From NCBI GenBank assembly GCA_020184695.1, contig JAANOX010000153.1:806001-870000 (forward strand): a stretch of 64,000 nucleotides of DNA, in the 5' to 3' direction. The notes beneath the pieces are model-generated. The model searched no databases. It was not told where the DNA came from and was given only the letters and a program-made list of their open reading frames with translations. This document shows, piece by piece, positions 31,612 through 42,830 of this stretch; within the stretch, counting starts at the first letter, position 1, and each line of letters starts with the position of its first letter. The position numbers were made by a program, and so were the translations under genes. The stretch comes from Histomonas meleagridis 2922-C6/04-290x. Lineage: Eukaryota > Protista > Parabasalia.

Positions 31612-33097
31612 CTTTTTTTTTTTTATTTTTTTTCAATTAAACACCAATTTTTTAAAAAAATGCCACCCCACAACAATTTATTTTTTGTGGTAACGAACTT
31701 TTTGTGCACAAATTGTAACGTTTTTAGGGTAAATGCATAAGATGAATGAAACGAAAGCGCATAAGGAAACAAACGAAATGTTATCAATGTGCAATTGTTA
31801 AAGTGCGCAAAATGAGAAACGGAGCAAATAAATTTGCAATTTTTGAGATATTTGTAAAATTTGGTAATGGATTTGAAGTACATAAAATGTGCTGTTGTGT
31901 AGTGGATGTAAATCATTTGCATTTAGTTAAAATTTGTAATTTTTTTTTCAAATGTTATCAAATTTGATTTCTTAAAGTTGTATGGAACTTATGCAAATGT
32001 TTTGCACTCACTTTCTATTGCTCATATGATTGCAATAGGAAGGAAAATTGCAAGAAACAGAACTTGAATGGAAATTTTTTTGCTTTTGAATTTGATCGAA
32101 TACTTTTGCGAGGTATTCAATTGAATATCACATAACGTATAAACCGTCGCAGACAATTTTTATGTGTAACAGGTGAATTTGAATTGGTTATATTGAGACG
32201 ATATTTTTATTTGCGAATAAAAGGTTTGAAAATTCAGAGCAATTTCGGTTTGATCCATTCAAATTTGCGCAAATTTCTGAGATCAGAAACCTCACAAAAG
32301 GTATTTGAGCGTTGGAACAAATAGAATCTAATAAAAAGAACCAAAATCATATGAATAGAGTGGCGGTGACATGCTAATGATGTATACGTCATTTAATGAG
32401 ATGATTTCCTGAAATGTTTGAAATTTGTATTTGTCAAATTTAATTGTTTTCTGATAAGAATATGGATAATAATCATATCATGATAACTAGGACATAATGC
32501 CCAATGAATTGGTGTATGAAATTGAAGAATTCGTTTGACGAATATCTGATATTATATAATAATTTTCATTATTTAATATGTCTGCGATTACTGTTCATAT
32601 CTATAAATTTTTTTTGGTTTATTTTTGAATTCTGATGGCATTATGATTCGAATTTATTTTGAATTTTTTTTGTGATATTTTTTCCCTTTTATAATAAATG
32701 AAAACAAATAAATAACTTGTTATTTGTAATTCATTTGTTATCATTGATCAAAATATAATTTTTGATAATTTGTAAATAATAATTAATTTTTCCCAAATAA
32801 ATTCATGCCTACGTATATATTTATCATCTCCATTATTTGTTAAATTCATTTTCATCATTTATTTTGGCATAATTCTTCTCAAAACCTATATAATCAATTT
32901 CATTGGTTCTTTCTTGATGTTTTTATTTCACAGAAAACCTCACAAAACCAATTTGAGAGGCCATTGATTTTTCTGAAGGAGTCTGATCGTGTGGTTCATG
33001 GGTTTGAATCAAATTTGAATGGGACGGTAATTGAGTACGTTTTGAAAAACATCTCCGATCCATTAAAAAAGTTTCGACTTTTAAAGTCACATTTTTC

Positions 33098-33637
33098 ATG
33101 TCAAGAATTACCCAGATTGGCAAACCGCATCCTAAGGTAAAATTTAGCTTAGAGGAGGACATCAAATTAAGGCTATTAGTAATGCAATTTGGTGATGAAA
33201 ATTGGAATTTAATTTCATCATTAATGAAAGATAGAAATCCAAGACAATGTCGAGAAAGATGGCTAAAATACCTCTCGCCCATGAATAGATATGAACCATT
33301 TACCCCAGAAGAAGATAAAATGTTGATTATATTGGTCCATAAATTTGGACAAAAATGGGTGAAAATATCCAAGTTTTTCCACAATAGAACGGATGTTAGC
33401 GTTAAAAATCGTTGGCATGTTATACAAAGGCATAACAATAGACAAATTTTTTTAACGGAATCAATCAAAAACATGCAACAAGAAAATAGTGCACCAAAAT
33501 CACAAGAGAAAAAGAATGATACCATCTGCACCTCAAAAGATAACTTACAATTTATCGCAGGTGATATTTTCGAAACTGGATTTTTTGATGATTCATTATC
33601 TTCGGGCGGATATCAATATTTTGATCTAATGTTCTAA
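33098..33637 (+). CDS. R2R3 Myb-like DNA-binding protein
   Basis: KFSLEEDIKL...W...RNPRQCRERWLKYL / FTPEED...FGQKW...RTDVSVKNRW. Confidence 0.93.
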   Translation: MSRITQIGKPHPKVKFSLEEDIKLRLLVMQFGDENWNLISSLMKDRNPRQCRERWLKYLSPMNRYEPFTPEEDKMLIILVHKFGQKWVKISKFFHNRTDVSVKNRWHVIQRHNNRQIFLTESIKNMQQENSAPKSQEKKNDTICTSKDNLQFIAGDIFETGFFDDSLSSGGYQYFDLMF

Positions 33638-35362
33638 GATAAGTACTATGCAATTAGAAATAAAAATAACAATTTCTCTTTCCTACTTCGTATAGCTTTA
33701 GAAGAACTTCAATTAAATGTTTCGTTTTTCTAATTCATTATTTTTTATGCTCTTTGTGATTTTCATCATACACATACATATAGATTAGAATTATTATGAC
33801 TTAAATTCATGATCTAACAATAAAAAGTTTTCTTATAAAGAAGGACGTTAAGCTCTATCATTCGTCATCACAAAAATTGTATGCCCTTTGAATTATTTAA
33901 TGGTTTACGTGTTTATATTGCATTGAATTTGAAAATAACATCAGCACACTCGAGGTTGCGGTGAACTTTTCTGGCATTTCATACTCTTGTATTTGGAAAT
34001 ATCATACATAATGCGTTATTTCAGCAAGTTTGACAATAGGTCAAATGGGAAAATTGGGAAAATTAATTTTTTTTCAAAATTCAGAATTTTTGTTTGAAAC
34101 ATGGCGTAACATGACTGAAGAAAAGAGAAAATCAAAATGTAATTATGTTTTCTTAGCAAATTTAGATAATAGAAATCATTTTAGAATAAATCAGAAATAA
34201 TTATCAAAATGATAATACATTAAGAGCTTAACTAATTTGGATTATATGTTGCCTTTGCTCATGACTAATGTCTATGCTGATTTATTGCAAAATTAATTTT
34301 TATTTATATCTTCAATATTAAAGGCAATTGTTCAAAGTTTGTATAAGTTTATTTGCTGGCCAGTGCACTATTCATAATAATTTTTGAATAAACAGTTCGT
34401 GAAGTTTGACATAACTAATTTACAACAACTTTACATGAATGAAATGTTATACTTTTAACAAGCAAAGAATGGAGTTTCAAGAACTTCTTAGTCGTAAAGA
34501 AAAGTAATAAGATCTCTTAATAAATGAATATACTTATTACATAATCTTTTGGAATTTTGTTACTTAAAAGGCTTGCCTAGGCTTGTAGGTTTATAAAATG
34601 ATTTATATTTTTGTAGAAGATAAAAAAAATTATGAATCGTTTAGAATTTCTCGAATTGAAAAGTCTGAAAATATTGACAAAATGCGATACACATGAAATT
34701 TTATATAATGGTTTGAGGTAGTTCAATTGATGATCGAGTGTTTTTCAATAATGAAAGAATGTATTCGTTTATATTGCTTATGACATCCGAATATTTGATT
34801 GACGACACCATGATAGAATGTTCAGATATTATATTATATATTTATTTTCGTGAGAATACAAGTGTCTGATATGTGACATACTTGGATAAAATTGCTATCT
34901 ATTGTTCGGCTTTTTGATTGGATATCAGAAACATTTGACTATTGATAGCATTTAATTTTTTTACAACGAAACATTGAAAAATTTGCACAATCAAATCAAA
35001 AAGCACAAGGCCTGTAAACAAAATTCATTGCTGACAGTATTAACGCTGGGGGAGATAACACAACAAAAAAAGGAATAATCAAAAGAGAAACTAATCGTTA
35101 CACCATCATATCAATCCTCATTTGGAGCTGATTCGAGTATAAAATTTTCAGTATTTTTATCAAACAAAGGCACAATAAAAGGGGGGTTACATCGGTGCTG
35201 CCATTGCTGATAATTCAATCACGCACACAAAAAGTCGGTGTAAACAGCCGAACCGTTTATGAAGGTTTACTTGCAAGACTGTCACTTTTTTCTTTTATTA
35301 AACTATCTATGAAAAAATTCCAAATATTATTTTGGAATATAAAATTATCAAAACAAATAAAT

Positions 35363-36180
35363 ATCTTTAGCATCAGTATCAATTCCTTCTTGTTCAAGAA
35401 GTAATTTAACTATTTCAACATATCATTATTAGATGCCCACATAAGTGCTGTATCAAATAATTTAAATAATTTCCAAATATTATTTTGAAATAGAAAATTA
35501 TTAAAATGAATACCAAATAAAACATATAAATATCTTTAGCATTAATATCAATTCCTTTTTGTTCAAGAAGTAATTTAACTATATCTGTATGACCATTTTC
35601 AGATGCCAAAATAAGTGCTGTTTCAAATAATTTAAATAATTTTTAAATATTATTTTGAAATATCAAATTATTAAAACAAATTCGAACCAAAATCAAAAAA
35701 AATCGCTGACATTCATTTTAATTTTTTTATTTTCAAGAAGTAATTTAACCATTTGTATGCTACCATTTAAAGATGCATACATAAGTGCAGTATAAAAACA
35801 AAATAAAATCCAATTCATTAAAATAAATTTGATAAATTTCTTTTGTATTGACATCAATATCATTTTGTTCAATAAGCATTTTGAATATCTCAATATTATT
35901 ATATTGTGATGCCCAAATAAGTGTAGTTTTAAATGATTTCAATTAAGTCCAAATATCATTAAAATACATCAAATATTAGAAAGATATTTTAAACAAAACC
36001 AAAAAACATTTCTTGCATCAACATTAATTTCTTCTTGCTCAAGAAGAAATTTCACTAATTCAAAATTCCCATATTCTGAAGCAACTATAATCGCTGTATC
36101 AAACAATACAAAAAAAAATTAAAAATTTTAAAGAAATCCATTTTCCACGAAATTAACATTAAATAGAAATATTTAATATC
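35363..36180 (-). repeat. Array of 5 ankyrin-repeat coding blocks (90 nt) separated by AT-rich spacers (80, 80, 46, 80, 80 nt)
   Basis: Blocks at 36097-36008, 35927-35838, 35791-35702, 35621-35532 and 35451-35363 each translate to a TAL-type ankyrin repeat. The last block has a 1-nt deletion. Confidence 0.9.
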
Positions 36181-36987
36181 TTTAACATTTACATTGATTT
36201 TCTTTTGTGTTATAAGATATTTAACCAATTCTAAATTACCTGATTTTGAAACTGACACTAAAGCCTCATTAGGTATTTGAACTTCTTCATTAAAATATTG
36301 AACAAGAAATATATTTCCATTCTTCGCTGCTTCATTAATAAAAGTATCATCGCTTTCCATTCCTTCATCTTTGAAATATGTGAAAAGTTCATAGTTATTA
36401 TGATAAATACATTGTCTCCCAAATTTGGCTATATATCTTACGTCTAAAATCTCGTTTTCATGAACATATTGCATAATATCACTGAGATGGAATTCAATTG
36501 CTGCTGAATACGCACCTTCGAATGATGAACGATTTTGCTCACATAAATGAATTATCTCTAAGTTTCCTCCAGCAATTGCATATTTCCCTGCGTTTTTTAT
36601 ATTAGAACCATTAACAAGTAAATATTTAAAACATTTAACAGAAGAAAAAAATGCTGCGTAATCAATTAATGTAACACCTACTTGATTAATTAATGAACGT
36701 CTTTCATAAAGTGATGGATCATTATATTGATTAAAATCAAAATTTTCTTGTGATGATATATCTTGAAGTTTTTCTATATCATCATTTCGAATTATTTTTG
36801 CAATTTCGTTTGGATTATGTCCTTCATTGATTAATTGTTTGTGAAGCTCCCAATCATTCTTTGATAGTTCTTCATAATTGCCTAAAAATTGTTCTGAATG
36901 AGGTTCGAATGAATCATTTTTGAGTTCATCTAAAGTTCTATATTGTGCAAAATAAAATGACTTGTTGATGTATTCTAATGTATTCAA
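36085..36987 (-). CDS. DUF3447-type/ankyrin repeat protein, 5' part; possibly a pseudogene
   Basis: LIDYAAFFSSVKCFKYL...YAIAGGNLEIIHL...AIEFH, typical of parabasalid DUF3447-ankyrin genes. The frame opens after a TAA and begins at TTG behind a TCATT Inr; there is no ATG until about residue 170. Confidence 0.65.
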   Translation of the reverse strand: MNTLEYINKSFYFAQYRTLDELKNDSFEPHSEQFLGNYEELSKNDWELHKQLINEGHNPNEIAKIIRNDDIEKLQDISSQENFDFNQYNDPSLYERRSLINQVGVTLIDYAAFFSSVKCFKYLLVNGSNIKNAGKYAIAGGNLEIIHLCEQNRSSFEGAYSAAIEFHLSDIMQYVHENEILDVRYIAKFGRQCIYHNNYELFTYFKDEGMESDDTFINEAAKNGNIFLVQYFNEEVQIPNEALVSVSKSGNLELVKYLITQKKINVNVKDIKYFYLMLISWKMDFFKIFNFFLYCLIQRL

Positions 36988-37295
36988 CTTTTTGAATGAA
37001 TAAAGTTATGAAAATTAGTGACAACATTTCAACTCACAATTGAGATGTTTTGTCAAAATACGTAAACCAAATAAAAAGTAGTCAAATCATGGCGGTTATT
37101 CCCATTTTTTAACGTATTTAGATGACCCAATATTTATAAACTATACAAAAAGTGCTCCCTTGTTACAATCCAATCTTATCAATGCTAAATCAAAACAAAT
37201 GTGAAATGAATGCACTTAAATTTTTATCGTATGCAATTGAAAATTCTGTTGTGTATTTATGGGTGAAATCTTTGTTCATATTTTTAATTGGAAAG

Positions 37296-38147
37296 ATGAA
37301 GACTTTCGAAAACCAAAAGTTTGATGAAGAACGTGCTCTTTACGGATCAAAAGATATCCTTGTCAAGAATTGTTCCTTTGATGGACCAGCAGATGGAGAA
37401 AGTGCAATGAAAGAAAGCAGTAATGTACAAGTTCAAAGCTCATTCTTTAACTTGCGTTATCCATTTTGGCATGTTCATGGATTGAAAATCAATGATTCGA
37501 AGATGACTGAACTTTGCAGAGCAGCAATATGGTATTCAGACAATATTGAAATTACTAATACAGAGATGCATGGGATTAAGGCATTAAGAGAATGCAGCAA
37601 TGTTGTCATGAATAATTGCGATATAATTTCTCCAGAATTTGGATGGTTTGTTAAAAACATTGAAATGAAAAATTGCAGTGCACAAAGTGAATACTTCGTG
37701 ATGCGTTGCCAAAACCTTAAATTTACGAATTTGAAAATGCAAGGAAAATATTCATTCCAATATTCAGAAAATGCTGTATTTGAAAACTGTCAATTTGATA
37801 CAAAGGATGCATTTTGGCACACAAAAAATGTTATTGTAAAAGATAGTTTTGTTAAAGGCGAATATCTTGCATGGTATTCTGAAAATCTTACATTGATCAA
37901 CTGCACAATCACTGGCACACAGCCATTCTGTTATTGCAAAAACTTAAAAGTTATCAACTGTAAAATGTTAAATGCTGATTTATGCTTTGAACGATCTGAT
38001 GTCGAAGCAACAGTCACTACACCAGTCATCAGTATCAAGAACCCATACTCTGGGCGCATAGAAGTACCATCAGTTGGGGAAATCATCAAAGATATCGATG
38101 GAGTTAATGCTGATATTGTAATTAAAGACAATCATCAAAAGGCTTGA
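37296..38147 (+). CDS. DUF3737-family beta-helix protein, bacterial-like
   Basis: FDEERALYGS...DGESAMKES...LRYPFWH...CRAAIWY...SEYF...GKYSFQY...TKDAFWH...GEYLAWYS...GTQPFCY...DLCFE. ATG 37296 follows Inr TCATA at 37276-37280. Confidence 0.85.
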   Translation: MKTFENQKFDEERALYGSKDILVKNCSFDGPADGESAMKESSNVQVQSSFFNLRYPFWHVHGLKINDSKMTELCRAAIWYSDNIEITNTEMHGIKALRECSNVVMNNCDIISPEFGWFVKNIEMKNCSAQSEYFVMRCQNLKFTNLKMQGKYSFQYSENAVFENCQFDTKDAFWHTKNVIVKDSFVKGEYLAWYSENLTLINCTITGTQPFCYCKNLKVINCKMLNADLCFERSDVEATVTTPVISIKNPYSGRIEVPSVGEIIKDIDGVNADIVIKDNHQKA

Positions 38148-38500
38148 GTGTTTAATTAGATAAATAAATAAAGAAAATTCAATAAATTTTTAATTAGAAT
38201 TGAGTGATGATTCCAACAAAAATTTGAAAATTATACTTGAAACTTTCTCTGACGGAGAACTAATATTAGTTTTCTTTACCAGTATGAAAAATTTTATCAA
38301 ATATCTAATATTCTTAATTTAGATAACCATCTTATATTCTTTCTTACCTGATATGCTTCCCATAGAGCACAATTTTTCGATCAGTAAGTGGAATCTTCTT
38401 GTTTTTAAGCGCTTAAAAATCTTTTTTCCCCGATATTTCGCCAAGTCAATAGCATTTTCATTCAATATTCACATAAACCGTTAGTCTATTCACTTTTCTT

Positions 38501-39049
38501 ATGGGTCTTTTCTTCAGCGATCTCTTCAAGAAATGGTTCGGAAACCGTGAAACACGTTGCCTTATGCTTGGTCTCGATGCTGCTGGTAAGACAACAGTTC
38601 TTTATAAGCTTAAACTTGGTGAACATGTCACAACTATTCCAACAATTGGTTTCAACGTCGAAACAATCGAATACAAGGGATTCAACATGAACGTTTGGGA
38701 TGTTGGTGGTCAAGATCGTATCCGTGCCTTATGGCGCCACTATTTCCACAACACTCAAGGTCTTATCTTCGTTGTCGATTCAAACGATATTGGTCGTGTT
38801 GACGAAGCACGTGATGAACTTCACAAGTTACTTGAAGAAGATGAATTACGTGACTCAATTCTCTTAGTTTATGCAAACAAACAAGATCTTCCAAATGCCA
38901 TCAAGCCACAGGAATTAGGAAATCGTCTTAGACTCAACACAATCACCAACCGTCCATGGCAAGTTCAAGGATGCTGTGCTACAACTGGTGATGGTCTCTA
39001 TGAAGGTTTAGATTGGCTCGGCGAGCAAATCAACAAGAAGTTCAAATAA
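38501..39049 (+). CDS. ARF1: ADP-ribosylation factor (class I ARF-like)
   Basis: MG myristoylation start, [32 protein letters not shown]. Confidence 0.93.
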   Translation: MGLFFSDLFKKWFGNRETRCLMLGLDAAGKTTVLYKLKLGEHVTTIPTIGFNVETIEYKGFNMNVWDVGGQDRIRALWRHYFHNTQGLIFVVDSNDIGRVDEARDELHKLLEEDELRDSILLVYANKQDLPNAIKPQELGNRLRLNTITNRPWQVQGCCATTGDGLYEGLDWLGEQINKKFK

Positions 39050-39616
39050 AGAAATCGTATGCCTTTTTCCTTTAACAACAAAGATTATACGAAAAAACAT
39101 GATCATGTTCCCAACCGCCACTAAATCTTTCTCATTGAAATTTGAATGATTAATCAAAACGGTTAAAAAATAAACTGTGAATTTGAGTGAGAAACGATCA
39201 TCCGGTCGGATTTTTTGAATACTTTTGATAAAAATTACAATGGTTTATTTAGAGAAAATCGGTGTTCTGAACTTTTTGTTTCAAATCCATGGATTGTGTA
39301 TCGTTAATTCAAAATTCATCAAAAATTGAGCAGAAATGATAAGGATTCAACAAGCAAAAAAAATAATTTGTTACATTGTAAATTTCAAGAGAAATTCACG
39401 TATACATATAAAATGTGATATATAAAGAATGATGTTTTACAAAATAATCTAATATATATTTCAATTATTTCATGTTAAAGAAAAACTTAGAGAATTTCTG
39501 TTTAATGTTTTCATCAAATTTTATTTTTGTTTAAATAAAAAATTTTTATTTAGACACAAATTTCCTGAAGACTTGAACACATTCAGTTGATTACATTAAA
39601 TAATTATAAAGATATT

Positions 39617-41935
39617 TTATTGTTTTTGAGCTTCACTAATATTTTCTTTTTCTTTCTCTATCATCTTTAAGAAATCCTCATATTCCTCTTTCTCTTCATC
39701 TCCTCCTTTTTGTGCCGCCATTGCCAAATACTTCTTTGCCTTCTTATAATCCTTTTTAATGAAGTCTCCATCTCTATACATTTCTCCGATAATGCTCATC
39801 GATGTTACGTTTCCATTATTTGCAGCACCTTCATAGTATTCTGCTGCTTTCGGATTCTTCGACTTAAACAATCTATCTGCGACTATTAGCTGCGCGTCAA
39901 GCAACTTTAAGTCTGCCGCCTTCTTCAGATACTCATCAGCTTTCGCTGCGTTTTGGAGAACATATTCTCCTTCGCGAAGCATCTTCGAGAATCTGAAGGC
40001 TTGCTCAGCATCGCCGGCATCCGCAGCAAGTTTTATGTAGTTGGCACCTGCTTTAACATCTCTATCGATAAGTTTACCTTCGATGTATATCTGTGCGAGT
40101 TTCTTCATGGCCGGAACATATGAGAATCGAACGCCAATGTTCAGATAATGAATGGCAGCGGGGACATTTGGTGTGCCAGGCGGCGTGCCGAAGGTACCGT
40201 CAATAAGAAGATCCGAAATCTGCATGATAGCATCCGGTACGCGCTCTGCAGCAAGACGCATGAAATGATATGCAAGGGTAATGTTGTAAGAATCTTTCTC
40301 TAGGAAATGCTTTGCGAGTGCATATTGGGCTTCGGGGCCTCCGCGACTCTTCTTTTGATCTAATTTGGCTTCATGGAATGACTCTGGCTTTTGTTTGGGT
40401 TCTTCTTGCTTAGGTTGCTTAGGTGGCTTTGGAGCTTGTTGTTGTTGAGGTGGATTTGGAGCTTGTTGCTGTTGAGGTTCAGTTGGTTTAGGGGCACCCT
40501 GTGGCGGTATCGGAGCGGTTTTCGGCGGTTGGTTTGATGTGGTGGTTTTATTTTGTTGTTGCTGCGGTGCGCGAGGCTGTGACTCGCCGCCTCGGCCGCG
40601 CTTTTGTGTTTCGCCGCCTCGGCCACGTTGTTGCGCTCCACCGCCGCGGCCACGTTGATTTCCTCCACCTCGTTCGCCACGTGGTGCAGCATCTGTTTTT
40701 CCGCCGCGTGGTTTTCTGTTATCATCTTGTTCTGGTCCATGTGCATTCCTTCCGCCTCTTCCTCGAGGTGCATTTTGTTTCTGTGGCTTCTGCTCTTCTG
40801 GTAGTGTTGCAACTATTTCTTTTGCCTTTTGATGTCCTGCTTTTGCAGCCATCTTCAAGTACCTTCGTGATTCTGCTTGATTTTTCTCTGTTCCTCTGCC
40901 TACTCTGTACATGTTTGCAACATAAAACATTGCTTCGGCACTCCCATGATCAGAAGCTAATTTGAACACGTTCATTGCTTCGGAATCATTTCTTTGGATA
41001 CCAATTCCATTTAATATCATTGTACCAAGTTTCGTTAATGCTTCCACATTTCTCATGTCTGATGCTTTTTTGACCATTGCGAATGCTTCGTTTGGGTTCA
41101 TTTCTTGTATTAGAGTTGCATAGTGCATCATTGCATATACATTGTTCATCTCTGCTGCTCTTTTTATCAATGGTAATGCTTCTTGCATATTGTTGTTCTT
41201 CTCATACATATCTGATAAATCTATCATTGCTTGAATGTGATTTTGTTTGATGGCCATATTGTAATATTTGATTGCGTTTTCTGTACTTTGCTTAACTGTG
41301 TTACCATACCCCTTTTGATACATTTTGGCTAAGTAATATTGCCCTTGTGCACATCCTTTCTCAGCTGATTGATGGTATAATTTCAGGGCACCCTTTATGT
41401 CTTTGGGTACCCCCTTTCCCTTCTCAAAAAGTGAGCCAAGGTGAGCTTGGGCGAGTGCATTGCCATTATTAGCAGCGATTTGGTAGTAACGAGCGGCTTC
41501 AGCAAATTTGTTTGGACCTTGAGAACGATCTTGTTCAATCATTTTGGCAAGTTTGATTTGGGATTCAACATGACCATTATCTGCTGCTTTACGATATTGA
41601 TCTTTGGCTTGTTGATATTTTTTTTCTTTTTCAAAAATCTTGCCAAGGTAAAATGAAGCTTCTGGAATTCCTTCATCACTTGCGAATTGAAATTGTTTCT
41701 TTGCTTCTTCAAGGTTCCTTTTAACACCAAGACCTTCTTGAAGAAGCCTACCGTAGTTGTATGCTCCAAGAGCATCCTTTTTATCGGAAGCTAATTTATA
41801 ATATTTTGCTGCTAATTGTAAATTTTTTGGTGTGTTTATTCCTTTTTCATATTTCATACCAACTTCATTTTGTGCTCCGACATCTCCAGAATCTGCTTTA
41901 GCGATGAGAGATTCCATTAAAAAAAATATGGTCAT
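39617..41935 (-). CDS. Sel1-like repeat protein with a central RGG/Gln-Pro low-complexity insert
   Basis: Many Sel1 repeats (AQ..LG..YE.G.G...N...A..YY..A) on both sides of an RGRGG- and QQQQAP-rich linker. Start 41935 or 41917. Confidence 0.9.
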   Translation of the reverse strand: MTIFFLMESLIAKADSGDVGAQNEVGMKYEKGINTPKNLQLAAKYYKLASDKKDALGAYNYGRLLQEGLGVKRNLEEAKKQFQFASDEGIPEASFYLGKIFEKEKKYQQAKDQYRKAADNGHVESQIKLAKMIEQDRSQGPNKFAEAARYYQIAANNGNALAQAHLGSLFEKGKGVPKDIKGALKLYHQSAEKGCAQGQYYLAKMYQKGYGNTVKQSTENAIKYYNMAIKQNHIQAMIDLSDMYEKNNNMQEALPLIKRAAEMNNVYAMMHYATLIQEMNPNEAFAMVKKASDMRNVEALTKLGTMILNGIGIQRNDSEAMNVFKLASDHGSAEAMFYVANMYRVGRGTEKNQAESRRYLKMAAKAGHQKAKEIVATLPEEQKPQKQNAPRGRGGRNAHGPEQDDNRKPRGGKTDAAPRGERGGGNQRGRGGGAQQRGRGGETQKRGRGGESQPRAPQQQQNKTTTSNQPPKTAPIPPQGAPKPTEPQQQQAPNPPQQQQAPKPPKQPKQEEPKQKPESFHEAKLDQKKSRGGPEAQYALAKHFLEKDSYNITLAYHFMRLAAERVPDAIMQISDLLIDGTFGTPPGTPNVPAAIHYLNIGVRFSYVPAMKKLAQIYIEGKLIDRDVKAGANYIKLAADAGDAEQAFRFSKMLREGEYVLQNAAKADEYLKKAADLKLLDAQLIVADRLFKSKNPKAAEYYEGAANNGNVTSMSIIGEMYRDGDFIKKDYKKAKKYLAMAAQKGGDEEKEEYEDFLKMIEKEKENISEAQKQ

Positions 41936-42219
41936 TCACAAACGGTTGTTTTGTAAACTATACAAAGTTCATGAATTTTGTAATTTATTCTAAAAGAGAA
42001 TAATTCATAAGGAAAAATTAATAAAACTTCAACAAACATTATTTTATTTATCTGGAAAAAATAATATTTTATCATTTAACCAACAGAATATGGAAGTATT
42101 TGATTTGAATCTACCAATGTTGCTCGGTAACTTCGGTTACTTTTCATAAGATATTGGAAGTGATACATGTTCAAAATTTTAGTGATAATGGAAAATAAAG
42201 AAGAAGAAAAAATAATTCC

Positions 42220-42590
42220 AAAATCATAAAAATTTTTATTTATTCCTTTTTGAAAAATCAATTCTCAAGGATATCATTATTAAAAAAAGAGAAAATATAT
42301 CTCCAAAAATATTAATTCAAAATATTTTGCACATTACTAAAATAAAAAATACTAAATAAATAAAATATACAAAGGATTAACCATAAGTAATACTTTTGAA
42401 GAAAACAAAAAAAGGAAATATAAAGATCCATGTGAAGATACTTTTTTAATAATAATGAAAAGTTTTCAAAGATTTATTAGAACTTCATAAGCAATTAATA
42501 GAAGAATGAGCTAAATCCAAATAAAATTACAAAATAATTCGAAATGATATAGGAAAACTTCATGAAATATCATCACAAGAAAATCATCAA
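42220..42590 (+). pseudogene. Degenerate 5' fragment of a DUF3447/ankyrin-type gene
   Basis: Frameshifted segments ELHKQLIEE and NPNKITK(I)IRND-IGKLHEISSQEN at 42480-42585 match ELHKQLINEGHNPNEIAKIIRNDDIEKLQDISSQEN of the 36987 gene. Confidence 0.7.
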
Positions 42591-42830
42591 AATGATTTCT
42601 GAGAAATGTTTTTTAAATCAAAAGATGTATTACCTCCATAATAGTAATTGTGCCATTTGCCTCAATGCATCAGTATTTCCAATACATTGAAAAAATGACA
42701 TTTTAACATATGAAAAAAGTTTTAAATATTTTTAGTGATATTTTGTGTTTTATTTTATAATTTATGGTCAACTTTGAAACTTACATCAATTCTTTCCGTT
42801 TTCTGGTGCTGAATATTTATTTCGAAGATT

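Noticed and set aside
31623-32400. Short ORFs and moderately complex sequence upstream of the Myb gene
   Set aside because: No recognisable motifs in any frame. It could be a decayed gene, but that is unsupported.
34400-35290. Possible decayed surface-protein gene (FLSN...KGG.IG resembling Pmp FxxN/GGAI repeats)
   Set aside because: One weak motif across a frameshift; not distinguishable from chance.
35363-36177. Canonical GT-AG or U12 AT-AC introns as the explanation for the ankyrin spacers
   Set aside because: No AG in any spacer, no ACTAAC branch motif, only one spacer starts with GT; using the ACAG inside the T-A codons works for only three blocks and would delete conserved residues. 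An AT...AC cut at GATAT/GATAC is out of frame.
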